64,000 bases of DNA. Source: an uncultured bacterium. Its GTDB lineage: Bacteria; Omnitrophota; Gorgyraeia; Zapsychrales; Aceulaceae. Under the pieces are notes generated by a model. It saw only the letters and a list, made by a program, of their open reading frames with translations, did no database searches and had not been told where the DNA came from. This document shows, piece by piece, positions 1 to 9,137 of this stretch (positions are counted from its first letter, which is position 1; each line of letters starts with the position of its first letter). The stretch is from positions 161,360-225,359 of the forward strand of contig CALGLP010000022.1 of assembly GCA_937930175.1 (NCBI GenBank), in the 5' to 3' direction. The translations under genes were made by a program, and so were the position numbers.

Positions 1-1070
1 AAGGCGCTATCCTTGATAATAATGGATCAGCGCTTAATATTGATTCTCTTTCAACAGAATTGATTGCTTTTAGGGGTATTGGCAGTGCTGATGCCCTTGA
101 GACAAGAACAAACATTCTGGATTTTAGGAATATCTCTTTGGGGAATGTTAATATTGATAATATGGTCAATACGCTTGGCGGGAACCTTCAGCTGGGCGAT
201 CTTTACGCCTGGAATACAGGATCTGGTAATATTACTGTCAGAGAACTTATTGGTAGCATGACAGCATTGGATGTCAGGGCGGATAATGGCTTTGTGGATC
301 TTTTTAGCGAGCAAAACATGTCGTTAAAGTCTGTTTTGGCAAATGGTTTGGTCAATATCGAGACGGCCAATGGAGATATTATTTTTGGCGGACCAGGCTT
401 TTCTACGGGAAGAGTTGAATCTTTAACGAGCGGGGTGAACTTATTGGCTGATAATGGATCGGTTCTTGTTCAAACGACACAAACCACACCACATATCATT
501 GCTAAGGGAGATTCTTATATCCGGACTCCGCATGGAAAAATTACTCCCACAGGAACACCCCTGGATGTAAATATTGACGGGAACCTTTATGTTGATCTGA
601 CAAATTCTCAGATTTCTAATGTTGTTAACGCGCCGATCCCTCCGCCGATGGATATTTTCGGGAATATGACTGGAATCGTGACGGGATCGATCACAATCCC
701 ATTTCTTTTAGGGACAAATAATCCGGCGCCTTTAACTCCGCCAGGCTATGTTTATTATAATGGAGTTCAGATATGGCCGCCCAAGATGATTGATTCGGGA
801 GAAAGAGAAAGAATATCGGCTTCCACAGAAAAGATCGAGAAGGCATATTGGGAAATATTAAATCCTTCGCGTTATGTTTCGGTGGATCCGGCAACGCGAA
901 CATTTTATCAATATCATCCGTTAGGGGAAACCGATGATAGCGCGTTTACAGGTATCAATTTAGACGCGGATGCTTATGAATTTATCGAAGAGAATATTAA
1001 TTTAAAGAAGGATTTGGATCCTTATTTTGGTTGGTTGGAAGATCAGAAAAAGGAAGAGGGTCAGAGCTAA
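1..1070 (+). CDS. C-terminal part of a large secreted repeat protein (adhesin or filamentous-hemagglutinin-like beta-helix repeats); 5' partial
   Basis: The frame is open from position 3 with no stop, so the ORF runs off the left edge. Gly/Asn/Ile-rich degenerate repeats (GNVNIDN, GNITV, ANGDIIFGG) are typical of beta-helical adhesins. Confidence 0.4.
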   Translation, partial: GAILDNNGSALNIDSLSTELIAFRGIGSADALETRTNILDFRNISLGNVNIDNMVNTLGGNLQLGDLYAWNTGSGNITVRELIGSMTALDVRADNGFVDLFSEQNMSLKSVLANGLVNIETANGDIIFGGPGFSTGRVESLTSGVNLLADNGSVLVQTTQTTPHIIAKGDSYIRTPHGKITPTGTPLDVNIDGNLYVDLTNSQISNVVNAPIPPPMDIFGNMTGIVTGSITIPFLLGTNNPAPLTPPGYVYYNGVQIWPPKMIDSGERERISASTEKIEKAYWEILNPSRYVSVDPATRTFYQYHPLGETDDSAFTGINLDADAYEFIEENINLKKDLDPYFGWLEDQKKEEGQS

Positions 1071-1225
1071 GTTTGGGATAAAATTTTACGAGTAGGTGTG
1101 ATTAACAAGCGGGAAACCCTGACGGGTTTCCCGTTTCTGATTTTTGAGTTGCAATTGCTTTTAGATACAGTAAGATAAAAGAAATTATTGTTTATTAAAT
1201 ATTCGTTCAAGGAGGGGTGGGTTCG

Positions 1226-1765
1226 ATGAAAAAACTTATGGTTGGTCTGTTGTGTCTTTTTCTTGTGGGGTGTCAAGCCAAAGAGAAGGCTAAGCCGGTG
1301 ATCAGTATTGACAATATCAAGGTGAGCCTTGAAGAATTTCAGAAGGCCTATCAAGCCTCTGCGTTTTCAAGAACATCGACGGAAGCTAAAAAGGAATTCC
1401 TGGATGTTTTTATTTCTAGAAAATTAATGCTGAAGGAAGCCGAACAAATGAGCTTGGATAAAGATCCAGACTTTTTAACGGATATTCAACTTTTCTGGGA
1501 GCAGTCTTTGTTAAAGCGTTTGTTGGCCAAGAAAACACAAGACCCTATTTTTCAATCTGCTGTGACGGAGCAAGAGATTCAAGATTTTTATGTCAAGCAT
1601 CAAGAGAAAGAATTTGTTGGACGCGACCTTGCTCAAGTGCATGAGCAGATCCAGATGATACTTTCTCGAGAGAAACAGCAGGCAAGTCTTCGAGATTGGA
1701 TTACCAAGCTCAAAGGGCAGGCTAATATCTCTATCGATTATCAGTCCTTGGGAATTTCCCCTTAA
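1226..1765 (+). CDS. Lipoprotein with SurA-N/PpiC-like chaperone domain
   Basis: RBS AAGGAGGGG upstream. Signal peptide ending in lipobox LFLVGC. Charged helical domain resembling the SurA N-terminal domain. Confidence 0.45.
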   Translation: MKKLMVGLLCLFLVGCQAKEKAKPVISIDNIKVSLEEFQKAYQASAFSRTSTEAKKEFLDVFISRKLMLKEAEQMSLDKDPDFLTDIQLFWEQSLLKRLLAKKTQDPIFQSAVTEQEIQDFYVKHQEKEFVGRDLAQVHEQIQMILSREKQQASLRDWITKLKGQANISIDYQSLGISP

Positions 1766-1781
1766 TCATTAGGAGGTTTAC

Positions 1782-2351
1782 ATGAAAGAATATCGACGAT
1801 CGCATTATTTTATTGATAAAACGTTTCAGACAAAATTTATTCTGACCTTTGGTTTAATTGTCTTTATCTCGTCAGCTTTAGCCATGGGATTGGTTCTATA
1901 TTTCTCAAGAGAATCCAATACCGTTGCCATCGAGAACACGCAGGTCGTGGTTAAGACAACCGCGGATTTTATTTTGCCGCTGATCTTCCAAACAATTTGC
2001 GTTGTGCTTATTTTTTCTTCGATTGCTTCCATCGCGTTGACGCTTTTATTTTCTCACAAGATTTCAGGTCCACTCGTGCGCTTGACTCAGGAAATTAATG
2101 GATTGAAAGCTGGGGACCTAACTCGCGGTTTTTCGACCCGCGGGACAGATCAGCTTCAGAAGTTTTCTCAGGGCCTTTTTGAGATGGCGGACGCCTTAAA
2201 GGGTCAGGTGATTGATCTTAAGGAGGATTATCAAAAGTTTCAAAGGTATTTGGAAGAAAAGAGCTTTTGTTTAAATCAAGGAAACAAAGAAGAGATTGTC
2301 AGGTTTCTTAAGGCCATCGAAGAAAAATTGTCTCACTTTAAGACATCCTAA
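1782..2351 (+). CDS. Membrane protein with HAMP domain
   Basis: RBS AGGAGG before the ATG. Two predicted TM helices followed by a HAMP-like segment (SGPLVRLTQEINGLKAGDLTRGF). Confidence 0.45.
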   Translation: MKEYRRSHYFIDKTFQTKFILTFGLIVFISSALAMGLVLYFSRESNTVAIENTQVVVKTTADFILPLIFQTICVVLIFSSIASIALTLLFSHKISGPLVRLTQEINGLKAGDLTRGFSTRGTDQLQKFSQGLFEMADALKGQVIDLKEDYQKFQRYLEEKSFCLNQGNKEEIVRFLKAIEEKLSHFKTS

Positions 2352-2354
2352 AGC

Positions 2355-2966
2355 ATGAGAGGTATTTCTTTGCGTCTTTTTCGATATCTTATTATTGTTT
2401 TGATCGTTTGTGTTCTTGCGATCGCATCGCCACAAAGGTGCTTGGCTCAGGAAGAAACGCGTATGATCGCGAGCGGGCAGTATTTTGATGTCTATGGATA
2501 CGCTGGCATCGACATCCCCTCTCTTTTGGCAGCCTTGGATTATCAATCGTTTTACCCGGGAAGCTCCCTTACTGGTGAGCGAGGGGATTTCAGCGCGATC
2601 CTTGCCAAAACGCTCGACGTCATTTATCTTGAGACCTCGGATATCCTAGATATTCATATTTACAGTTATCATGGGGCGATCCAATTTCTTCCTGATGTGT
2701 CCGCGGTGGATTCTATTTTTTATAAATATGCGGGACGCTCCATGCATGAGCGTTCGTTTTATTTTCATGAGAAAAATACCATCTATATTTCCGTACGCGA
2801 TCTAGAGCTAGGGGTTCTTGGCCATGAAATCGCGCATGCGATCATTTCGCACTATTTCGTTGTGCCACCACCGGTTAAGGTTCAAGAAGTGCTTTGTGGG
2901 TATGTTGACTTTAATCTGCGCAAAAGTCGCGGAAAGATCCTCCCTAAGAATAAGCATAAAGATTAA
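2355..2966 (+). CDS. Putative secreted Zn-metallopeptidase-like protein (HExxH)
   Basis: N-terminal signal peptide. HEIAH (HExxH) motif near the C-terminus. No fuller family assignment is possible by eye. Confidence 0.35.
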   Translation: MRGISLRLFRYLIIVLIVCVLAIASPQRCLAQEETRMIASGQYFDVYGYAGIDIPSLLAALDYQSFYPGSSLTGERGDFSAILAKTLDVIYLETSDILDIHIYSYHGAIQFLPDVSAVDSIFYKYAGRSMHERSFYFHEKNTIYISVRDLELGVLGHEIAHAIISHYFVVPPPVKVQEVLCGYVDFNLRKSRGKILPKNKHKD

Positions 2967-3063
2967 AAAGGCATTTTGCCAAGGAACAAGAGTTTTGCCA
3001 CCGTCTTCATTAAAACAATTTCAGAATCAGCTTACGATTCAAAGCCTTAAGGTTTTCCTCAAG

Positions 3064-3915
3064 ATGACGCAATTTTTGCCACGCGGCTGGGCACAGGCTC
3101 TTTTTGGTGTATTGACGCGCTTGGCCTATCTCGGCATCCGCAGTATTAAGCAAATCTGCCGGATAAATTTAAAATTTGTTTATGGAGAAACGAAAACCGC
3201 TCAGGAATATGAGTCGATGGTTAGGGCGTGCTTTGATAATATTCGACGCTGTATGATGGATTTGCTGTATTTTGTGGAGCGGCCCAAGGAACTTTTAAAG
3301 ATAGTGCGTATCCACCATGAAGAGAGGCTCCAGGAAGCGCTCCAGGCTCGTCAGGGCGTGATCGTCGTGACCGCCCATCTTAATAATTTTCCTCTGATGT
3401 TTGTTTCGCTTGTGGTGAAGGGGTATAAGGTCCATGTTATTATCCGCACCATGCGCGAAAAAGGTTTTAGCAAATTCATGTATGATTTATGCGCTTTGTG
3501 GAAGATCAACATGATTGAGACTCTTCCTAAAAAACATTTTATCAAAGAAACGTTTGGCGCTCTGCGTCGCAATGAACTGTTGTTTATCTTGCTCGATGAG
3601 GTTGTCCCAGAAGAGGAGGGCGTCAAGGTTCCTTTCTTGGGTTCGTATGTAACCCGTGCAACAGGGCCTTTGTTGTTTCAGGAGCGTCACGGATCCCCGA
3701 TCGTGCCCATGTTTATTACTCAAGAAAAGGATGGATCCTTTGATATCTTTATTGAAGAACCCCTTGTTCTCGAGCGTACAATGAGCCCTGAGGAAAATAC
3801 GCTTAAGAATATTACTAGCCTGACGATGATCATTGAATCGTTTGTTAAGAAATATCCTACCCAGTGGGGAGGATGGCTCAATAAACGATGGATTTCCTCG
3901 CGTGCCTTAGTCTAG
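3064..3915 (+). CDS. Lipid A biosynthesis acyltransferase (LpxL/HtrB-like, LPLAT family)
   Basis: Overall similarity to Kdo2-lipid IVA lauroyl/myristoyl transferases (membrane-anchor N-terminus, HLNNF region, C-terminal core). Start placed at ATG 3064 to avoid overlap with the preceding gene. The ORF-track start at 2818 is rejected. Confidence 0.55.
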   Translation: MTQFLPRGWAQALFGVLTRLAYLGIRSIKQICRINLKFVYGETKTAQEYESMVRACFDNIRRCMMDLLYFVERPKELLKIVRIHHEERLQEALQARQGVIVVTAHLNNFPLMFVSLVVKGYKVHVIIRTMREKGFSKFMYDLCALWKINMIETLPKKHFIKETFGALRRNELLFILLDEVVPEEEGVKVPFLGSYVTRATGPLLFQERHGSPIVPMFITQEKDGSFDIFIEEPLVLERTMSPEENTLKNITSLTMIIESFVKKYPTQWGGWLNKRWISSRALV

Positions 3916-3974
3916 CGCTGCATAAGGCCGTAAACCCGAGAGTGTAAGTCGTTAAACCTTCCCAGACAATTTAT

Positions 3975-4016
3975 TTGACAAAAAGGTGTTGGTCAGTATA
4001 ATGCACATATGTGCAT
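3975..4016 (+). promoter_or_regulatory. Near-consensus sigma70 promoter plus perfect 16-bp palindrome operator
   Basis: -35 TTGACA at 3975-3980, a 16-nt spacer, -10 TATAAT at 3997-4002. ATGCACATATGTGCAT at 4001-4016 lies immediately 3' of the -10. Confidence 0.6.
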
Positions 4017-4034
4017 AACTAATGGGGAGCAGCC

Positions 4035-4355
4035 GTGAGGCCAAAAAAGACACGATGGGTCAAATGTTGGCCAGGGGAGCGATGCTTCCGTCCTCAATGT
4101 AAACCTTTAAAGAAGCTTCAAGGTGTCAATCTTACCATTGATGAGTTTGAAGCAATCCGTCTTTCGGACCTAGAAAAATTACCTCAGACAAAAGTCGCTA
4201 AAAAGATGAGAGTTCATCGATCGACGATTTCGCGTATTCTTGAATCTGCGCACGAGAAGATCGCGGATGCCTTTGTTAATGTTAAGGCCGTAAGAATTGA
4301 AGGAGGATGTTGTAAGGTTGGGACAGGGATCTTGAGGAGCAAAAAGAGCACATAG
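4035..4355 (+). CDS. DUF134/UPF0251 family predicted DNA-binding protein
   Basis: GTG start after the RBS GGGGAG. N-terminal MRPKK..W..C motif and a C-terminal sigma-70 region-4-like HTH (QTKVAKKMRVHRSTISRILESA) are typical of DUF134. Confidence 0.65.
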   Translation: MRPKKTRWVKCWPGERCFRPQCKPLKKLQGVNLTIDEFEAIRLSDLEKLPQTKVAKKMRVHRSTISRILESAHEKIADAFVNVKAVRIEGGCCKVGTGILRSKKST

Positions 4356-4364
4356 GAGGGGAAC

Positions 4365-5528
4365 ATGCATAATAAAGAGCGTAATATTTCTAGTTTTGAA
4401 AAGTATTTAACGGTATGGGTCGTCGCGTGTATTGGCCTTGGGATTGTGATTGGAACATTTGTCCCGCAATTAGCCAAATATCTTGATAGCCTTGCGATTG
4501 ATGTCAATGGGGCTCCGGTTGTTTCTATTCCCATCGCTATTTGTTTGTTTTTTATGATGTATCCGATCATGGTCAAGATTGATTTTGGCGAAGTCGTTAA
4601 AGCCGGGAAATCTCCTAAGCCGGTATGGTTGACGCTTTTTGTGAATTGGGCAGTCAAGCCTTTTACCATGTATGCAATTGCTTATCTTTTTCTTGGGATT
4701 TTATTTAAAGGATTAATTGGAACCGAAGCTATGGATTTGGTGAAAATGCCACCAGGAGCTGATTGGGCTTTAGGTTCAACCCATGGATCGGGGACAGTTG
4801 TTCTAGAAAACGGGATGAAAATGCTTTCGGTTCCTTTGTGGCGCAGTTATTTCGCTGGGTGCATTTTACTTGGCATTGCGCCTTGTACGGCGATGGTTTT
4901 GGTGTGGGGATTTTTGGCTAAAGGAAATGATGGGCATACGTTAGTGATGGTTGCGATGAACTCCCTGACAATGCTTGTTTTGTATGGACCGCTGGGGGGA
5001 TTTCTTTTAGGTGTGGGACGCATGCCGGTTCCTTGGCAGGCGCTTGTTATCTCGATTGCCATTTATGTAGCGTTACCACTTGTGGCGGGATATCTTTCTC
5101 GAAAATGGATCATTGCAACCAAAGGAGAAAGTTGGTTTAATGAAAAGTTTTTGCATCTTCTCACGCCTGTTTCGATTGTTGCATTACTTTTTACTCTTGT
5201 TCTTTTATTCTCTTTTAAGGGAGAAATAATTCTTGTTAAGCCTTGGACGATCCTGTGGATCGCGATTCCGCTTTTTATTCAGACATGCTTGATCTTTGGC
5301 ATGACCTATTGGCTTGCGAAGAAGCTAAGGCTCAGCTATGAAGACGCGGCTCCATCGGCCATGGTGGGTGCGAGTAATCATTTTGAGGTCGCGATTGCGA
5401 CCGCAACGATGCTTTTTGGCCTTTCGTCCGGTGCGGCCCTGGCAACGGTCGTGGGCGTTTTGATTGAAGTCCCGGTTATGCTGATGCTCGTTAAGTTTTG
5501 TTTGCGCACGAAACAATGGTTTGCTTAG
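4365..5528 (+). CDS. acr3: Arsenite efflux transporter, ACR3 family
   Basis: [12 protein letters not shown] and [23 protein letters not shown] match ACR3 signature regions. The protein is about 10-TM. RBS GGAGGGG is upstream. Confidence 0.75.
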   Translation: MHNKERNISSFEKYLTVWVVACIGLGIVIGTFVPQLAKYLDSLAIDVNGAPVVSIPIAICLFFMMYPIMVKIDFGEVVKAGKSPKPVWLTLFVNWAVKPFTMYAIAYLFLGILFKGLIGTEAMDLVKMPPGADWALGSTHGSGTVVLENGMKMLSVPLWRSYFAGCILLGIAPCTAMVLVWGFLAKGNDGHTLVMVAMNSLTMLVLYGPLGGFLLGVGRMPVPWQALVISIAIYVALPLVAGYLSRKWIIATKGESWFNEKFLHLLTPVSIVALLFTLVLLFSFKGEIILVKPWTILWIAIPLFIQTCLIFGMTYWLAKKLRLSYEDAAPSAMVGASNHFEVAIATATMLFGLSSGAALATVVGVLIEVPVMLMLVKFCLRTKQWFA

Positions 5529-5560
5529 AGTTTGCCTTGACTAGAGGGGATATTTATTTT

Positions 5561-5600
5561 TATTGACAAAATAAGGAAAGTCGTGCATACTTGATTTGAG
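5561..5600 (+). promoter_or_regulatory. Candidate cspA promoter (TTATTGACAAAAT element)
   Basis: -35 TTGACA at 5565-5570. The same TTATTGACAAAAT string recurs upstream of the second csp gene near 34790. A long 5' UTR is typical of cold-shock genes. Confidence 0.45.
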
Positions 5601-5626
5601 TTCATAAGGGAAAAGAAGACTTAGGC

Positions 5627-5665
5627 CGGAAGGCAGTCAGGATTTGCCTTGCGGTTTTTTTGTTT
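5627..5665 (+). terminator. Stem-loop plus T-tract (ACR3 terminator or csp leader structure)
   Basis: AAGGCA...TGCCTT stem followed by GCGGTTTTTTTGTTTT. Confidence 0.35.
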
Positions 5666-5713
5666 TCGAGTATGCCATCATGACTCAAGTATTCTTGAAA
5701 GGAGGATAAACAT

Positions 5714-5914
5714 ATGGCAAAAGGAACTGTAAAATGGTTTAATAGTCAAAAAGGTTATGGCTTTATTGCGCCTGAATCTGGTAAAGATGTCTTCGTGCAT
5801 CATAGCGAAATTCAGGGTGATGGGTATAAATCTTTAGATGAAGGACAGGCTGTTGAGTTTGAAATCGCAGAGGGTCCTAAAGGCGAACAAGCCAAGAATG
5901 TAAGAAAAATATAA
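5714..5914 (+). CDS. cspA: Cold-shock protein CspA family
   Basis: [18 protein letters not shown] and [11 protein letters not shown] motifs. RBS AAAGGAGG. Confidence 0.95.
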   Translation: MAKGTVKWFNSQKGYGFIAPESGKDVFVHHSEIQGDGYKSLDEGQAVEFEIAEGPKGEQAKNVRKI

Positions 5915-5940
5915 AAATCAACGGTACGTTGTATTTTTAT

Positions 5941-5978
5941 GGGGCTGATGATCTTGTGATCATCAGCCCTTTTTCTTT
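5941..5978 (+). terminator. Rho-independent terminator of cspA
   Basis: GGCTGATGATC-TTGT-GATCATCAGCC perfect stem followed by CTTTTTCTTT. Confidence 0.8.
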
Positions 5979-6095
5979 GGGTGGGCCCTGCAGGGCCCGC
6001 TAACTAAATCCAGGGTGAAGTCTTTGTAGGCGAGAGCTCTCTTATTGGGAAGGTCATGTGGTATAATGACGTTGACTTGAAAAGAAAGGGAGGGA

Positions 6096-6791
6096 ATGAT
6101 GGTCTTAAAGAAATATTCGTCAAATATCGTGAAGTTGTTTATTATTGGGTTTTTGATTGCTGGTGTCTTTTACCTGGGATATCAGGTATATCATAAATAT
6201 GTTTATGAAAAGAAAATTTTAGAAGAGATGGTTAAAAGGCTTCAGGCGGATTCGCGCATTGCCGAAGTCATTGTGACAGATGTCGGTGTTGACGTGGCAA
6301 CTCAGCAGCAGATAACAACGATTAAATTTCTGGAATTTAATAGCCTTGGCCAACCTTTAGCGCCAAAATATTTTACCTTCATGGGTAATATTATTCAGTT
6401 TCAGTCCTTGGTTGTGCGCTTTGTGGATAAGTTTGTTACTTCCGGAGACGCTTTAAAGGGGAAAAGCATTGCACTGTTTTGGAAGGCTTTTGTCCTAGAT
6501 GGTGCACGTACGCAAGAGTATGTGATTACGCCTGTTCGCGAGATTCCCGCAGGGTACAAGATTGAAGGTGTGTCGAGCTCTTTTGAAGAAGAGATTTGGA
6601 GAGAATTTTGGGACTATGCGCTTTATAATAAAAAAGCATCAGTTAAGGGTATTAAGAATGCTCAAATTGAAGCGCCAGGAATGAAGTTTATTCCGGGTAT
6701 TATTTATACCCTCCGGATTGAGCATGATGGTGGGATCCGCATTGACACTGCTCCCATCCCAATGATTTTAAAAGGAGAGATTCTTCGTTAA
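6096..6791 (+). CDS. Hypothetical membrane-anchored protein
   Basis: Single N-terminal TM helix. No recognisable motifs. Confidence 0.4.
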   Translation: MMVLKKYSSNIVKLFIIGFLIAGVFYLGYQVYHKYVYEKKILEEMVKRLQADSRIAEVIVTDVGVDVATQQQITTIKFLEFNSLGQPLAPKYFTFMGNIIQFQSLVVRFVDKFVTSGDALKGKSIALFWKAFVLDGARTQEYVITPVREIPAGYKIEGVSSSFEEEIWREFWDYALYNKKASVKGIKNAQIEAPGMKFIPGIIYTLRIEHDGGIRIDTAPIPMILKGEILR

Positions 6792-6806
6792 GGCTTTTGA
6801 GGTTAG

Positions 6807-7727
6807 TTAGTTTTGATGATTAACCCAGAAGATAATCTTGTTTTTGAGATCTTGGTAGGTCTTTTGGTCAAATAATTTTGTAGCTAAATAAGTGTTTTCA
6901 AAGAAATCAACATTGTCTTCAGTTTTTCGAATGATCAAAACATATCGTCCAGAGTATTTAAATCGTCGGGTTGCTGTAATGGCAATCGCAAAATTTTTAT
7001 GATCAAACTTTCCATCTAGAGTTTCAACAGAAAGAAGAAGGATCCTGTCATTTTTAATCAGAATTGGTGTTCCACCGTCAATGGGGAGTGTGATGTCCTT
7101 GTCTTGATTTTCAATAAATTCGAGATTATCGCGGTTGCCATAAAAGAGATAATTATCAAAACTGTCGAGTGGTCCATACCGGGCAAAGGATGGATCCAGC
7201 AAGAATGTCTTAGTCGGATCAGTTTTGTCGTAGATCATCAGGATTATGTGGCTTGATTGAGGTTGGAGAAAGAATCCGGATTCGGCAACCTGGTGGAATT
7301 TAATGGCATATTGTGGTTCCAGCAGCGGCGCAATTTTTGTGTAGGTGTAGGATGCGAGCTCGCCGCAAAGGCCGTAGCGACCTTCTTCTAGGATGAGATT
7401 GCCATTTTTATCAAAGCGATGAATGTTGGTTAATTGCCATGTTTGAGTTGTAAAGTTAATCAGAAGATTGACCTCGTTGCGTAGTAGTGTCGGTAGACCT
7501 GAGTATTGCAGAGGGCTGATGATAGACATGATTTGACTGTATTGAGGAATACCATTGGTGGGTGGAGAAATGGTTTCTGTGACAGAGTCTTCTTGTTGCT
7601 TTCCGATTTGGTGAGCGAAAAAGAAAGCTGCTCCAATCGATAGGATGCTTATTATGGCAAGCAAAAGCGCAAGGATTTGATAGCTGCGAAGTTTATCTTT
7701 GAATAGGGAATGAAGGAAATGATGCAT
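6807..7727 (-). CDS. Hypothetical membrane-anchored protein
   Basis: N-terminal TM helix. A conserved-looking GLCGELAS segment gives a weak hint of a transglutaminase/papain-like Cys fold. Not assignable. Confidence 0.4.
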   Translation of the reverse strand: MHHFLHSLFKDKLRSYQILALLLAIISILSIGAAFFFAHQIGKQQEDSVTETISPPTNGIPQYSQIMSIISPLQYSGLPTLLRNEVNLLINFTTQTWQLTNIHRFDKNGNLILEEGRYGLCGELASYTYTKIAPLLEPQYAIKFHQVAESGFFLQPQSSHIILMIYDKTDPTKTFLLDPSFARYGPLDSFDNYLFYGNRDNLEFIENQDKDITLPIDGGTPILIKNDRILLLSVETLDGKFDHKNFAIAITATRRFKYSGRYVLIIRKTEDNVDFFENTYLATKLFDQKTYQDLKNKIIFWVNHQN

Positions 7728-7877
7728 AGGTTATTTACTAATTTATATGATCTAGAGGCAGAGTCAATCAAATTTTAGTCTAAATCATTTTGGAGGGGTT
7801 GGCGTAGAGCAGGGAGTTCTGTTCTTGAGTATAGCGCGGCCATTATGGTGATGCTTGAGCAAACTCAAAATAATTTC

Positions 7878-7915
7878 TTGACAATGATTATTACTGAGAT
7901 TATAATTATCTCAGT
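7878..7915 (+). promoter_or_regulatory. Sigma70 promoter with an inverted repeat straddling the -10 (putative Rrf2 operator)
   Basis: -35 TTGACA 7878-7883, 17-nt spacer, -10 TATAAT 7901-7906. Inverted repeat ACTGAGAT (7893-7900) / ATCTCAGT (7908-7915). Confidence 0.55.
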
Positions 7916-7923
7916 CAAAAGGG

Positions 7924-8346
7924 TTGCACATGAAAGTTTTAACCAAAAATACAGACTATGCTATTCGCGCGCTTCTTGAGCTTTCTTTTGAAGACGAGCA
8001 TTTTATCTCAGCTAAAGAAATTGCCCAGAAGCAGGATATTCCTTATGAATTCTTGCGTAAAATCCTTAATCGTCTCATTAGGGAAGGAATCGTGATCTCA
8101 AGAGAGGGAGGACTAGGTGGTTTTCAGCTCAACCTTGCTCCTACTAAAATTAAGCTGACAGATTTGATTAGAATTTTTCAAGGTGAAATTAAGCTTTCTG
8201 AGTGTATGTTTCGTAAAAAGATTTGTCCGAATCGGAAGCATTGCGTTTTGCGCCAGAATATCTTACACGTTGAGAAGAAAGTTATTGATGAATTTCGTTT
8301 GATCACTATTGGAAGTTTAAAAAATCAAATGATAGGTAAGAAATGA
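7924..8346 (+). CDS. Rrf2-family transcriptional regulator (NsrR/IscR-like, Fe-S binding)
   Basis: Rrf2 N-terminal HTH (TDYAIRALLELS). Three Cys with C-x7-C-x5-C spacing near the C-terminus. Stop overlaps the downstream start (ATGA). Confidence 0.8.
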   Translation: MHMKVLTKNTDYAIRALLELSFEDEHFISAKEIAQKQDIPYEFLRKILNRLIREGIVISREGGLGGFQLNLAPTKIKLTDLIRIFQGEIKLSECMFRKKICPNRKHCVLRQNILHVEKKVIDEFRLITIGSLKNQMIGKK

Positions 8347-9044
8347 AGCGTAATATTATTAAAATTAATGAAGAAAAATGTAATGGGTGTGGCCTTTGCA
8401 TTCCTAATTGTCCTGAAGGCGCGCTAAAGATCGTTGATGGTAAGATTAAACTCGTTAGTGAATCTCTCTGTGATGGTCTTGGAGCCTGTGTTGGTCGATG
8501 CCCGACAGGGGCTTTGATCGTGGAAGAGCGCGATGCTCAAGTTTTTGATGAAGCGCAGGCAAAGAAAAATATGGAAAAAGCAAGAGGGCAGCCTCCGCAG
8601 GGCATGGGTGGTTGTCCAGGCTCGATGGCTAGGCAATGGAATAAGCTAAAGGGGGATACTCAGGATGTTGTTGGAAGCTCTGCCTTAGCTCAATGGCCAG
8701 TACAGTTAAAGTTGCTTAATCCCCGTGCTCCGTATTTTCAAAATGCTGATTTGGTTATAGCGGCTGACTGTGTTCCTTTTAGTTATCCTCATTTTCACGC
8801 ACGGTTTCTTAAGGGAAAGATTTTAATTATTTTTTGTCCCAAGCTTGACCATGCTAATGAAGAATATATTGAGACATTGGTTGAAATCTTTAGAATAAAT
8901 ACCATTAAGTCTCTTACGGTTGTACACATGGAAGTTCCATGTTGTTCTGGAACCCTGCACATTATTGAAGAAGCATTAAAAGAGTCTGGGAAGAGTATAA
9001 TAATTAAAGATTATACAATTTCGCTACAGGGAGAAATTATATAA
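8343..9044 (+). CDS. 4Fe-4S dicluster ferredoxin-domain protein
   Basis: CNGCGLCIPNCP and CDGLGACVGRCP cluster motifs, plus a C-terminal Cys-containing domain. Translationally coupled to the Rrf2 gene and upstream of hcp. Confidence 0.6.
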   Translation: MKRNIIKINEEKCNGCGLCIPNCPEGALKIVDGKIKLVSESLCDGLGACVGRCPTGALIVEERDAQVFDEAQAKKNMEKARGQPPQGMGGCPGSMARQWNKLKGDTQDVVGSSALAQWPVQLKLLNPRAPYFQNADLVIAADCVPFSYPHFHARFLKGKILIIFCPKLDHANEEYIETLVEIFRINTIKSLTVVHMEVPCCSGTLHIIEEALKESGKSIIIKDYTISLQGEII

Positions 9045-9137
9045 AGGTAGCTCTGCCTAAAAGGTGGCGGAGTAAACTCTGACATAGAACTTGCAAGCAA
9101 TTCGTTTCGCAAGCTATGTCGTTATTGAAGGAGGGGG

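Noticed and set aside
60-62. TTG at position 60 as the start of the first gene
   Set aside because: The frame is open to the window edge. The protein almost certainly continues upstream, so it is called 5' partial.
4214-4669. 151-aa minus-strand ORF
   Set aside because: Antisense to the DUF134 and ACR3 genes, which have strong motif support. Typical shadow ORF.
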